From contig NIVC01000725.1 of assembly GCA_002269645.1 (NCBI GenBank), forward strand, positions 582,269 through 646,268: a DNA stretch of 64,000 nucleotides. The letters run 5' to 3'. The translations under genes were made by a program, and so were the position numbers. Source of the DNA: Macrostomum lignano. Taxonomy: Eukaryota. The notes under the pieces were generated by a model. That model saw only the letters and a program-made list of their open reading frames with translations, did no database searches and was not told the origin of the DNA. Shown here one piece after another: positions 50,584-63,503 of this stretch (within the stretch, counting starts at the first letter, position 1; each line of letters opens with the position of its first letter).

Positions 50584-53376
50584 CTGGAGCTAAAGCAGCA
50601 GCAAAGTGCAGCACTTGCTGCTAGTCAGCTGCTGCAACTTCGCTGCAAGCATCCTGTCAGAGCTCAGCAAGTTCAACAGTCCAATGTTATCAGTAGTCAA
50701 CTAGATTCCTTAGACCAGGTAGAATCACTTCGCAGTGAGATTGCAACATTGCGGGCTAATTGCAGTGAACTCACTCACAAGTTAGGCCAACTAGAAGCGT
50801 CATCAGCTATTGTTAATGAGACTGCGCATTGTCTTGACAACGACTTAGCAACGGTTAAGGCCGCTACAGATGCTGAACTAGCTCGAGTGTCTCAGTTGGA
50901 CAGAGAGAAATCCTTGGCCACCGCTGCAGTCAACAGTGCCGCCTGGCTGAGAGGCGAATTGCAGAGGCTGCGCAGTCGGTTGGCAAAGACTGAGTCTGTT
51001 GAACAAGAACTGAAGACGCTCAGAATCGAGGTTGGTTGGTCTTACAAAATGTATATATTTATATAACATTATAAATATTGTTATATTATATATATATATA
51101 TATAGAATATATAGAATATATAGAATATAGAATATATATAGAATATATATATATATATATATATATAATGTTTTATTTTTTGAGTAGTTGTCATTATAAT
51201 CCCTTACATTAAATATTGCTAATCCCCTACATAAAGAGTCGCTAATCCCCCTCATTAAATATTGCTAATCCCCTACATTAAGAGTTACTAATCCCCTACA
51301 TTAGGAGTTGCTAATCCCCTACATTAAGAATCGCTAATCCCACTACATTAATAAGAATCGCTAATCCCCTAAATTAAGAATCGCTAATCCCATAAATTAA
51401 GAATCGCTAATCCCCTACATTAAAAATCGCTAATCCCCTGCATTAAGAGTCGCTAATCCCCTGCATTAAGGGTCACTAATCCCCTGCATTAAGAGTCGCT
51501 AATCCCCTGCATTAAGAGTCACTAATCCCCTGCATTAAGAGTTGTTAATCCCCTGCATTAAGAGTCACTAATCCCCTGCATTACGAGTCACTAATCCCCT
51601 ACATTAAAAGTCGCTAATCCCCTACATTAAGAGTCACTAATCCCCTACATTAAAAGTCGCTAATCTCCTACATTAAGAGTCACTAATCCTACATTAAGAG
51701 TCGCTAATCCCCTGCATTAAGAGTCACTAATCCCCTGCATTACGAGTCACTAATCCCCTACATTAAAAGTCGCTAATCCCCTACATTAAGAGTCACTAAT
51801 CCTACATTAAAAGTCGCTAATCCCCTACATTAAGGGTCACTAATCCCCTACATTAAAAGTCGTTAATCCCCTACATTAAGAATCGCCTCAGTCCTCTACA
51901 TTAGGAATCGCTAATCCCCTGCATTAAGAATCGCCCCAGTAAAGCCATTAATAAAGTCCTGGCAATCCCGCAGGCTTCCGAGTCGGGCAGCCTTCGCCGC
52001 CAGCTCAGTCACGCTGTTGAGTCAGTCAACGCTGAGCAAACTCGATGTCGCAGATTAGAAGCTGATCGAACTCGGTTGCTAGGCGACAGTGCGGATAGCT
52101 CAGAGTCGATTGATAATCTGAAGCGGAGTTTGGAGTCTACTCAATCAATGCTCAGCGAGCAGCGTCGATTGACTTGTCGAACTCAACTTGAGGCTCAACA
52201 GCTGACTATTCGTCTAGCGGAGTCTGTCGAACCGGAAGTTCAGAAGCTGCGCTCGGATATGCGCAGGTTGAGGGAACGGCGAGACGAACTGCTGGTTAGT
52301 GAGAGATGGCCGGTGAACCGGTTTGAGAACTGATGGTCTTACTTTGATTAGAATCAGCATCTTGAAAATCATCTAAACGTCACTTATTGCTTAAGTTGAC
52401 ATCTAGAAAATTACATATCTGGAATCTAGAATCAACTATCTGGCATCTAGACAATCAGTTATTTGGCATCTAGAGATCAACTATTTGGCATCTAGAGATC
52501 AACTATTTGGCATCTAGACAATCACTATTTGAGATCTAGAGATCAGTTATTTTACATCTAGAGAATCAACTATTTGGGATCTAGAGAATCAGTATGTGGC
52601 ATCTAGAGAATCAGTATCTGGCATCTAGAGAATCAGTATCTGGCATCTAAAGAATCACTATCTGGCATCTAGAGATCAGTTATTTGGCATCTAGAGAATC
52701 AATTATTTGGTATCTACAGATTCAACTATTTGGGATCTATAAAATCAACTATCTGGCATTTAGAGAATCAACTCACTAACCTCTGGAAAATCGCCGGTGA
52801 ATATTCAAAACTGAGTGAATATTTCATCTAATATTTTTTTAATATGCATATTAAAAAATCTTTAAAAAAATATTCGCGCGTCTCGAATAAAATTGACATT
52901 TATAGGCTGAACAGCAGCAGGCTCAAATACTGTCCAACATGGCTGCTGCCGATTCCAATGCTACGCCGTATTCGTCTGACATATCTATTGCTGCTTCTAC
53001 AGCTGCCCAGCAACAAGCTGAAGCAGAGCCGGCTGCAGTTTCCAACGAAGAATTGGAACGCGATATTCTGCAAACTAAACTTCGCTGCGATCAACTGGAA
53101 GCATCTGTTGCTGATTCGGATTCTGCAACAAAAACTTTGTGCTGTACTTTAGATCAATTGGACGCCGTTATTAAGCGACTGCGCTTGACAACGCCTGCTG
53201 ATAATATTTCAGTCAGCTTGCGTACTAATTCGAGTACAGCTTTGGGCAGGCGTTGGACGCCCACCGTGTTGCTAGGCGGTAACTGGGGCGGCGTTGCCGA
53301 CGGCCGGGACACGCCTGGTAGCAGGTTTATGGCCCGGCAGCGGCAGAGGCAGCGGGTTGATGGTGGCGCCAAGTAG
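50584..53376 (+). CDS. Coiled-coil protein of unknown family, 3 exons, 5'-partial
   Basis: Open phase-0 exons 50584-51030, 51974-52294 and 52906-53376 (TAG), all AG/GT-flanked, with heptad-rich translation (LRGELQRLRSRLAKTESVEQELKTLRIE). The first exon was not located; 44380-44489 is a weak candidate. Confidence 0.7.
51058..51170. repeat. (TA)n/TATAGAA microsatellite
   Basis: Direct reading. Confidence 0.9.
51215..51938. repeat. 23-bp intronic minisatellite (GCTAATCCCCTACATTAAGAGTC)
   Basis: Direct reading; about 30 units. Confidence 0.92.
52370..52775. repeat. 22-23-bp intronic minisatellite (GGCATCTAGAGAATCAACTATTT)
   Basis: Direct reading. Confidence 0.85.
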
Positions 53377-53387
53377 GTTGATGAAAA

Positions 53388-54520
53388 AGACCTGAAGGAG
53401 TAGCTGTGAGTCTGGATCAGGCTGAGGACAAAGACCTAAAGGAGTAGCTGTGAGCCTAGATCAGGCTGAGGACAAAGACCTAAAGGAGTAGCTGTGAGCC
53501 TAGATCAGGCTGAGGACAAAGACCTAAAGGAGTAGCTGTGAGCCTAGATCAGGCTGAGGACAAAGACCTAAAGGAGTAGCTGTGAGCCTAGATCAGGCTG
53601 AGGACAAAGACCTAAAGGAGTAGCTGTGAGCCTAGATCAGGCTGAGGACAAAGACCTAAAGGAGTAGCTGTGAGCCTAGATCAGGCTGAGGACAAAGACC
53701 CAAAGGATTAGCTGTAAGCCTAGATCAGTCTGAGGATAAAGACCCAAAGGATTAGCTGTAAGCCTAGATCAGCTGAGGATAAAGACCCGAAGGAGTAGCT
53801 GTAAGCCTAGATCAGCTGAGGACAAAGACCTAAAGGAGTAGCTGTGAGCCTAGATCAGGCTGAGGACAAAGACCTAAAGGAGTAGCTGTAAGCCTAGATC
53901 AGTCTGAGGATAAAGACCTAAAGGAGTAGCTGTAAGCCTAGATCAGTCTGAGGATAAAGACCCGAAGGAGTAGCTGTAAGCCTAGATCAGTCTGAGGATA
54001 AAGACCCGAAGGAGTAGCTGTAAGCCTAGATCAGTCTGAGGATAAAGACCCGAAGGAGTAGCTGTAAGCCTAGATCAGTCTGAGGATAAAGACCCGAAGG
54101 AGTAGCTGTAAGCCTAGATCAGCTGAGGATAAAGACCCGAAGGAGTAGCTGTAAGCCTAGATCAGTCTGAGGATAAAGACCCGAAGGAGTAGCTGTAAGC
54201 CTAGATCAGCTGAGGATAAAGACCCGAAGGAGTAGCTGTAAGCCTAGATCAGTCTGAGGATAAAGACCCGAAGGAGTAGCTGTAAGCCTAGATCAGTCTG
54301 AGGATAAAGACCCGAAGGAGTAGCTGTAAGCCTAGATCAGTCTGAGGATAAAGACCCGAAGGAGTAGCTGTAAGCCTAGATCAGCTGAGGATAAAGACCC
54401 GAAGGAGTAGCTGTAAGCCTAGATCAGTCTGAGGATAAGACCCGAAGGAGTAGCTGTAAGCCTAGATCAGTCTGAGGATAAAGACCCGAAGGAGTAGCTG
54501 TAAGCCTAGATCAGTCTGTG
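53388..54520. repeat. 43-44-bp minisatellite (AAGACCTAAAGGAGTAGCTGTGAGCCTAGATCAGGCTGAGGACA), about 25 units
   Basis: Direct reading; begins just after the stop codon of the coiled-coil gene. Confidence 0.95.
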
Positions 54521-56607
54521 GAAAAGTATTGGGAAGTAGTCATGACACTTAAAAGTGCAGTGCACTTAAACAGTAACTCGCTGAGTATAATTAACACATT
54601 TAATAGCTTTTGTTTTATAAAATCAAAACTTTAATTCATATCTATAACAATTATATTGGTGATTTATACTTTTATTCTAGTTTCATCACTGTTGAACAGT
54701 TCGTTTTATGTATTTTAGTATTTTTGGCCACAGTTCTACATAACCGCCATTTTATTATTTTTATAACTAATAATGTGTTCCATAACCAGTGCCAACTTCT
54801 CAATGAAGACACTATATAGATATTGAGACAATTTTTTTTTTGTTTTCCAACTTGCATTATTTGGGTCTTTCAAAAAACCTAAAGAAGCTTCTAGCGTTTG
54901 TAGACCATCGTGTGTTTGCTGTGATATGCATTAGAAAATTATCACTATTATTCAGTAGCTTTTGACGTTGTTGAGAAGAAACTTTTTAGCGCGTTTCGCA
55001 TTCCACTACATTATTGAATCATAATTAATTTATTCTGGAAGTTAAGAGTTACATTCTACTCGACTTCAATATCTTTTCAAACTTTGAAGAAAATGCTGAT
55101 ATGCAGATATACAGTTGTACGAGTAGATCTGCTGCTTTAGCTTTAATTTGTCTTCAAAACAAACCATAAAAGCTGTGTACTTTTACTACAACGAAATATA
55201 CTTCCTCGATACTAATTCCAGATTTTTAAATTATACGTACTTTGATTCCTAATTTTCGACAATTGACAATCGGGTAAATCCCACCCTTTTAAAAGCAATA
55301 GCAAGTTTAAGGTTTTTCTGTCAGCTTCAGCATTCTGTACTTGCTTTGTCTTGCTTCAGCTGTAGGAAGGAGGATTGTCGTAGGATTGCCCGTGGTAAAA
55401 CCATGGGCAAACCAGAAACTTTGTGCTTGCTTATAAAAGAATGCTGCAAAGACTGAAATAATAGGTGAACCAAAAAGCGATTTGAGAAAAGCACAATCTC
55501 AACCCCATCACGCTTTCTGAGACCAATAGAATTTTTTTCAAATTTGTTGAAATTGCAACAATGGTATTTTCAAAAGGTAAGAATCATACCTCTCCATGGT
55601 AATTTGTTCGTTTTTTAGCAGCAAATTTTATCCCCTACGGTATAGGCTACTTCAGCCAGGTGTGAGGTAATTTGGTAACTGCAGGTATAAAAATTGAGGA
55701 ATAGATATAGATAGAACTACCATTGCCATTTTTTGAATCGATATTAAAAAAGAACCAGTGACTGCTATAAATTTAATAGGGTTGTCCAAATTCATTTTTC
55801 GGGGAAATTGCGCTCCCTACCCTTGCCCCTGTTTCTTTGGTGATAGCCACCACCGTTAAAATCCAACAAATTTGGTAGATTTTTAGGACTGTCGCAGTAA
55901 TGCAAATTCTTCTACTTAAGCAAACTAGTTTTACGATGTATGCTACTTTAAAAATGTAACTTTACAACATCTCAAAATAATACAAATGTAAAATGTTTTC
56001 GCAAAGGCATTTCTAAAATGGGAGCAAGTGTCGTAAGATCTAAATATATCAGTCCATTTTTTCGTCTAGGGACTCCCAAGGACTAACCGTGAACATTCCG
56101 TGGCCATTCCAAGGCCATTCCGTGGCTGCCCGGGGAATCTTCGTGTGCATGTGTACATTTAGTGTGGAAGTGCTATTTATAGGCATGAACAAGTACACTC
56201 TTCAACACTGTATTCCTATTCTAGTTGCTGTATTTCTTTCCAGTTCGTATCAAGTACAGTTGTTTAGGATGCAATAGCTCAAAATAAAAGTAGTTGATCT
56301 ATTGTTATTGCGTTATTTCTACTTTCGAACAAAAATATATCAATATATGAATATTCCATATACTAAAAATGGTTTCTCGTAATCTTCTATAAATCCAAGC
56401 AATTTCGAATGCGCAAATGCGTTTATGCACAAAACCTACAAGGTACTACCTACTAGAACTAGGTACTACCTAGCAAATAAATTTATTCATTCTCAATGTT
56501 CCTTATCAGACTAAACTAAAACGTTTTGCTTGAAATCTTCATGAAATTCTCAACTCATTTCGGAAAATCCAAGTCAATTCCACGGCTTCTCCGCTCTCCA
56601 GCTGCCA

Positions 56608-58256
56608 ATGTCGACCCCCGGACTGTCCGAGAAGGCTTCGCTGGCCCAGCCGGCTGACGAGAAAGCCGTGCCGCCCCATCTGCGCTGCAACAGCTGCTCC
56701 AAGCCGGTGTTCAACGCCTTCCAGACTCCTCACGGCTGCCGCATCTGCCAGTCCTGCGTGCAGGCCAAGCTGCACCCCACCGAGAGGCGCCTCTGCCCGG
56801 AACCACCGAGGCCTGCAAGGATGAGGATGAGGAGATCCGCATCTGCCAGTCCAGCTGCGTGCCCGACATCGCCACGAGACGGGAGATCAGCAAGCTGACC
56901 GTGTTCTGCCCCAACCGGGACGGAGGCTGTAAGGACCAGATGAAGTGGAGGGAGGTGGACACTCACCTGGAAAAGTGCGAATACGAGAAGGTCAGCTGCG
57001 AGTTGTGCCGGGACTCGATACTGAAGAAAAGACTCAAGTCCCACCTCAGTGACGAGTGTCGGCAACGACGGGTGACCTGCGGTTTGTGCCAGCAGTCGGT
57101 GGTGCACAGCGAGATGGAGAAGAGCCACAGGAACCTGGACTCGGCCACATGCTGTCCGAGATACACAGACTACTGTCCGTTCTGCAAGGACAAGTCCAGG
57201 AAGCTGAACCGCAAGGACTTTGTTGAACACCTAAAAACTTGTCCAGACAAACCGAACGAGTGCAAGTACGGCCACCTGGGCTGCGAGAGAAAAGCCAGAA
57301 AGTCGGACCTTGAGAAGCACTACAGAGACGAAGTCGACCACCATTTGACGCTGCTGGACTCGAAGCTGAGGCAGGTGGCGTCCGGTTCGAGCTTTGCACC
57401 ACCGACTGCTGCGACTGCTGCAGCCACCGTCGTTCCCGCCGGAGGCTCCAGAGAGGTGGAGGAGGTGAAGCGGAAGGTGGCCAACATTCATGACCACTTC
57501 AAGAAGCTGCAGGTGAACGTAGCCAACTGGGCTCACACCACGCTTGAGTTTGAGCAGATGGCTGACAAATTCGGGGGCATCTCGCAGATGCGACAGTTCT
57601 TGAAGAATTTGGATGAGAAAATCAGACAGATGGACAGCTCGGGAGTTGAGACAGGGCGACGGACTGGAGTCGACCAGGATGCAATGATGCTGGACTCGAA
57701 CTCTTCATTGGTGCAGCAGAAGCTGAATGAGATCGAGTTCCGACTGCTGAATCTTGAAAGCACGAACTATGACGGGTTTCTGGTGTGGAAGGTGAGCAAC
57801 CTCACCAAAAGGCGGCGGGAGGCCATCGACAAGCGGGTGATCAGCATTTTCTCCCAGCCCTTCTTTACTCGCCATTTCGGCTTCATGTTCAGAGTTCGCC
57901 TGTTCCTCAACGGCAACGAGTCCGGAGAAGGAACTCACGTGTCGGTGTACCTGGTGCTCATGCAGCACGAGTTCGATGACATCCAGGAGTGGCCGCTGAA
58001 GGCGAGCGTCTCCTTCAAGATGGTCAACCTGAAGAATCGCGCTGACGATGTGGCCAAGACCGTGAGATTCGACTCGGGCAATCAGAGACCGTCTGGCCGG
58101 GAGGACCTGTCGGTGTGCTGCGGTGAAGCCAAGTTCATGAGCATCAGCCAGTTCGAGAACTCGGACCGGTTCGTCAAGAATGACAGCTTCTACCTGGAGG
58201 TTGACGTAGCCGTGGATGGCGAGAGCAGTCAGGGGCGCAGGGGCAGGAGGAAGTAG
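56608..58256 (+). CDS. TNF receptor-associated factor (TRAF2/3/5-like): RING, TRAF zinc fingers, coiled coil and MATH; intronless; one frameshift at about 56800
   Basis: RING (CNSC..HGCRICQSC..CP), ISKLTVFCPNRDGGC, zinc fingers and MATH (DGFLVWKVSN..SQPFFT..FRVRLFLNG..GTHVSVYLVLM..EWP). The span is 1649 nt; one extra base would give 549 aa. Confidence 0.9.
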
Positions 58257-59859
58257 CCTATTGTTTAGTCAGGCTTTATCCAACATTATGCCGACGATTG
58301 GCTACTCGTATCAAATAATGCTTTCTTTAGTTAAATTTCTAGTAGATTTGTCATACTTTTAAATTTTACTATGTGTATAATTCATTATTCTTCTGTTTGA
58401 TTTGCTAATGCTAGTTTAATTAATTACTTACTTCAGCTTTGCATGGCGTCTTATTCCGGAACTTATTTCATTATACATCAACATTTATCGTTGTATACTC
58501 GTATGCTTCGTTAATCATTATTTATTATTGAAGATAGCAGTGATTCGCTATTGCACTCAAAATTCAGAATTACAGATAAAAGCGGTGTCCGTCGGGTTTC
58601 CAGCAAGACAGCAGGTCGTTAAAAAACTTGATTTATTTTCGGACATTGTTATGGTTAAATGGGTAGCATTGCTGTACAAATTTATTCATGCTTTTCCTTC
58701 AAATTACTTACTTAGTTTCCTTTCACTTGTGTACTCTTTGTCTGGTATGAAAACTAAAGTAATAAACTTACCTACTTCTCCTATGGTGCTATTGTGTTAT
58801 CTACTAAAAAAGACATGAACAGACAAAAAAATCATAATTTAGTTTGCTGTACGAGTATATGCCTTGGTTATTTACATAAATCATAATAACATTGCATTCG
58901 ATACTAGTAATTGAAATGTTGCTAATAAATATTTGATTTGCTTACGGATGGGCTATGCGGACATTTTTTATTTTTATCTCTGGCGCTATACTTGATTAGC
59001 TAGTCAATATCCGCAAAGTTACTTAGGCTTATAAATGACAATTACATGTATATAGTTACATTACTGTAATGCCTATTTACACTTACATTTTAATCTCAAG
59101 TATCTCAGATATACATGTACATACGGTAAGCGCAATTACGAGTATATATGCGTAGCTGTTAGGTGATGCAGTGTCAGCTGCTATCGGAGTAGTGAGTGTT
59201 GTATACTTTCCTTGCATCTAATGTAAAATCGCTCGTAGTTAGCATTGTATAAATCAGTGTATATTAGTGAGTTTAGTGAGAAGGAAAATCTGATCAATAT
59301 ATTTTAATTCAGTAGTCCGTGGTGAGCAGTCGATTACATGTACCTGCATTGAATCAATTGAACTAATTATTACAAACAAGTGCAATTTTCCAAGTATAAT
59401 GTCACGTTTAGTCAATTCCTACTTTCCAAGTATGCTCGTATTACCTGCAAACGTTTTTATCGGCTTACTTCAATAGTGTGCCTTCAATATTGACAGAAAA
59501 GACACCACTTGGCAGGTCAGTTCAGAGCCGCGCTTCTAATCGGTAGTTCGATTTCTAGACGGCCGCATGGCTTGGTGCCAGTTCACAGGGAATTTGGTTA
59601 GCGGTCTCTGGAAAAGCTAATTTCTTTACCTCTTCAATTCTCTCTCCTTGTTTCTCGCGGTCTTCTCTTAATTACATATCAGACTCTGCTGCTCGCCACA
59701 TCTATGCTACCTGGTGGCTGACCATTTGTCAGGAGATGGGGAGGCCAGAGCGGTAGCTAAATAAACGCGATTATAGTTACTATACTGTATACACTGATGC
59801 CCGAAAGCTTCCGATTAATGTTTTTAAAAAATGCCTTATTCCCGCCCTACCCATTAAAG

Positions 59860-62800
59860 TTCTTAATAAACACTCCTCTCATTAAAATCTTCTCCAAATG
59901 CCCATTTGATGCAGCCGCGCGTTGCCATCTAAAGCGATCTGTGGGACGCTCAGGGGTCAGGAGTTTATAGGGAGAGGCTGACTGATTCCATGTATATATA
60001 TGTTTAGTGCCCCCCCCAAAGCAAATACAAAGACGCGACGTTGGCGAAAGCGATCGAAAGCAGCAGCGGAAACCTCCAAAGCCAAAGCAACGAAGCGGAG
60101 AGAAAGCGAGCAAAAGAAAAAAGGAATTTAGAAAAGCTCAAGGTCAACCGTCAAATGAGAGTTCCTACACCACTAGCAAACGCGAAGTAAGCCGCCTGCA
60201 AGCCCTGCTGCGACTGCGGGAGATACATTGTACCACTGCACTGCGTCACTCTTCCAGTCCCCGATCCTCATGATGTCAGGCACCGGCACACCCACAACAC
60301 CGAGGCCCCATTGAGTTGCCTGCCCGTCAGCAGCCGCTGGTTGCCTCCGGCGTCGCGATAAGTGAAAAGGGGTGCATCCGACGATTGCAGATTATTGAAT
60401 CTTGCGTGCTGCTCGATTGTCAACACCGGGCACAGCGACGTCCGCCTCGCTAGCCTCGGTAGATCGAAGCGCCTGGTGTACTCGTTCTTTGAACTACTGG
60501 AGAGTCTTTCCGTGCTCCAGGCGCAAGATCAGACCTCGCGGATGTCGAAGGATGTCAGCGCAGCGCTCACGTGCCGGACCTTTTCCCGAAGCTGGCAGCA
60601 CACTAGATTTTCGAAGCATGTCCCACCAACAGCAGATGTGACTTCCCAGCATATGCAAGCTGAAAACTTTCAGAACTACTGACTCGCTGATGAATCTCCC
60701 GCAACATGATCAGCGACACCTCGCTTGGCACCTCGCAGGAGGAGAGTGGTGGCGGCATGCTTTGTCAGATCTGTTGCAGAGTTGACGCGAAACCATACGG
60801 ACAGGGAGCTGGCGACAGAAGCAACGCTGCCGTACGCACGCAAACGCGTCCCGACTAGGCTGGCCAGGTAGTCGAGCAGGCTGTTCAGCGGACAGGATAC
60901 AGGACTGCAGCTGATCTGGTTGCAGTAAGCTTGCCACTCACGGATGTGCCTTGCCACCGCCTGTCTCGACCATGGTGCAAAGGAGACGCCTAGCAGCGAC
61001 GCGGCCCGGCGGCTGAGAAAGTCTGGCGCATCTGGACGGCCTGAAAATGAAGAAAGTGGGCAGAGGCAGGGCAGAAAGCATGCCGGTACATTGATTGCAA
61101 AGCAAGCGGGCACAAGTAGACATAGCAGCGAAAGAAAAAATAATCAACTGACTGCTCTCGTGCAACCGAGACGCTGCATCAACGAGAATTTGAAACTCTC
61201 CCGGCACATGAAAGGCTCGCACACTTAGACCATGTCGTAAGGACATCATCGCAATCGTCTGCAGCTAGTAACCTATACACAACGGGACACTTCGAAGTTC
61301 CATTGTTTATAGTATGGCACGCCGCCATGTCATAACAATAAACGCTTACATTAGAGCCCTCCAGCGCAGGATTGACAGCAGAAGAGCCACCGCCTCTTTA
61401 TAGTTGATGGGCAGATCAGCGAACACTCCGGCCGCGTCCTGGCTCCAATTGACGTAGCACCAGTCGCAACTGCCATCCGACCTTCGAAGCACCGCTGCCC
61501 TGCCTCTTCTACACGCATCAGACTCGATTGCAGTTCATGGTTCTTGAAGACGGGCCAGAGCTCCACCCACCAGGCTGACTCCAGCGCCACAATCCACCAG
61601 CTGAATTGGTCACATAACTGTAGGCTGACTTTAATTCTCTCGTCAGGTCGCATAGCGTTGCACACTTCAATCAGATCACGCAGAAAGGTTTTCCCTTTGC
61701 AAATCACTTGCGCTGCCCAGCCAAGCTTGCCAATCAAGCGTTGCAAAGCCAACTCAGCCAGGTTCCTCGCTTTCTCATCGGGCAACCTCTTGATGCCGGC
61801 CACCGTATCGAACTCGACACTAAGGAAAATCATACGCTGAGTTGGTGCCTGACACTTTGCCCAGTTCACGGTGAAGCCCAGCCGCGTCAACAGGCACCAT
61901 CATTTATTGCACAGCGTTGCAAAGATGGTGAAAACAGGTAACAATGGCGGCGGTACCGAACGGCAAGCGGGTGTCGTACATGTAGGTGGCTGCCTTGGAC
62001 TCGCCGAAGCGGAACTTAATCCCTGTCTGACTGAAATCATCGGGTAGAACACCACAGGCGCGGTATGCTTCTCTGAGATCCACCTTAGTCATAAAGCAGC
62101 CTCTGGACAGCTTTCTCGCAAAGTTGTCGGCGCACGTGAACCGCAGCCTCTCCTGGCTGACCCATCTAGAGTTTACAGAGTTATTCACAGGCCGACTGCA
62201 GTCGTGAATCAGGCGCACACGGCAAACTAACCTAGGGCAGGGCTCCGAGAGCACTGACCACTTGCGGACGCCAGCCGGTCGGGCACTCGCGATACCTGCC
62301 ACACCCGAGCTCCTTCTTAATCTGCTTTTCGACAGCCTCGAAATGAACAAGGACAGATGGTAGTTGTTATTATCAATTGGCTTGCAGTCAGAACACTTTT
62401 GTTAGTTGTACGAAAACCATACGCGACACCATCGAGAATAAACTTCTTCCGATTCATAGGCAAATCAATAAACATCAGCTCCTTCTCCCACTCCACGAAC
62501 CTCAAGTCTGTAGATAAAACGGGGACGTTAAAATCACTACGGGCACTCAGTCAGTGCGATGGTCTGGCCGTCTCGATGCCCACGCCATCCCGGTGGGCAG
62601 CCGCTTCTGAGTGGCTTAGACCGCACCTCCGGCATTGATGAGCGAACTTGCAGTTTCTTCTGCTGCAACCGGCTTCCTTATTGAAATCAAAGCACACAGG
62701 CTGCTGGCTCCGCTTCGACTGTCTCTCTGAAGCAGTCGGTCCTCTCTGCGGTGCCATCAGGTAGGCGGCAACCAGGCCCATGTCGGAGGCTCTGGATTCC

Positions 62801-63271
62801 AAGAGGTAGTAGCCGTCTGGCTACATTAAAACACAGGTAATCTCGGAGCTCAGAAACATCAGGACATCCTCCTTCACCGCTCTTAACTAGAGCTCCATCA
62901 TCCAGCATCTTCAGCATTATGCGCGCATTGCCAGCAATCCAGTCGCCAAAGGTCAGAGATTCCAACGCTGCCTCCTTCACCTTGTAGACAACTCTACCTG
63001 TCCGATCAACAGACTGGATGATACCCGCTTCCTGCTGCTTGCGTTTACAGATGAATTCGGGTATGCGGTAGGTACCATGCTGGATTGCTGGTCTAGCCGA
63101 CTCACTCCCTGATCATGTGACCAAACAACTCACCATGGTTAGTTGAGGGAGCCTGTTGCCGCTGCAATAGGTTAACCTCGGCCTGCAGCTCGGCTTCTTC
63201 CTTGCGCAGCTTCAGCAGCCGGATACGCTGCTCGACTTCCGGCAGCTCGTCGTTCGCTGCAGCCTCACTGC

Positions 63272-63304
<33 letters not shown>

Positions 63305-63503
63305 GCAGATCTTAGATGTTCTTCGAGCGAGTTGTCTCCGGGGTCTGTGAAGGCGATCTGCAATCATCGCCGTCCTGCAGTCCTGTTAGGCTATCGATGT
63401 GTGCAGACAGCCTCTCCAATAGCTCCATTTTGTTTCCGTGGGTTGGCAGGCCTAGGCCTTGCAACCTCTCGCGCAGTGACTTGATAGTGTCAGTGCTAGT
63501 CAT
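59860..63503 (-). mobile_element. Degenerate tyrosine-recombinase retrotransposon (DIRS order, Ngaro-like): gag, RT, RNase H and YR
   Basis: gag 63503-62551 (SAP-like helix pair, LTFGDWIAG, CFDFNKEAGC..C..H.C..C..H). RT 62505-61904 (FILDGVAYGF, VRLIHDCSRP, KVDLREAYR, DTRLPFG). RNase H 61890-61150 (LQRLIGKLGWAAQV, HVPGEFQILVDAASR). YR 61113-59860 (LLDYLASL, LLLRGAKR, LCPV). Many stops and frameshifts; ends not defined. Confidence 0.85.

Noticed and set aside
55385-55412. Hairpin TTGCCCGTGGTAAAACCATGGGCAA
   Set aside because: A short isolated stem with no element ends or RNA-family features.
59523-59536. 12-bp match to the reverse complement of about 63558-63570 as a DIRS terminal repeat
   Set aside because: Too short to distinguish from chance, and it does not extend.
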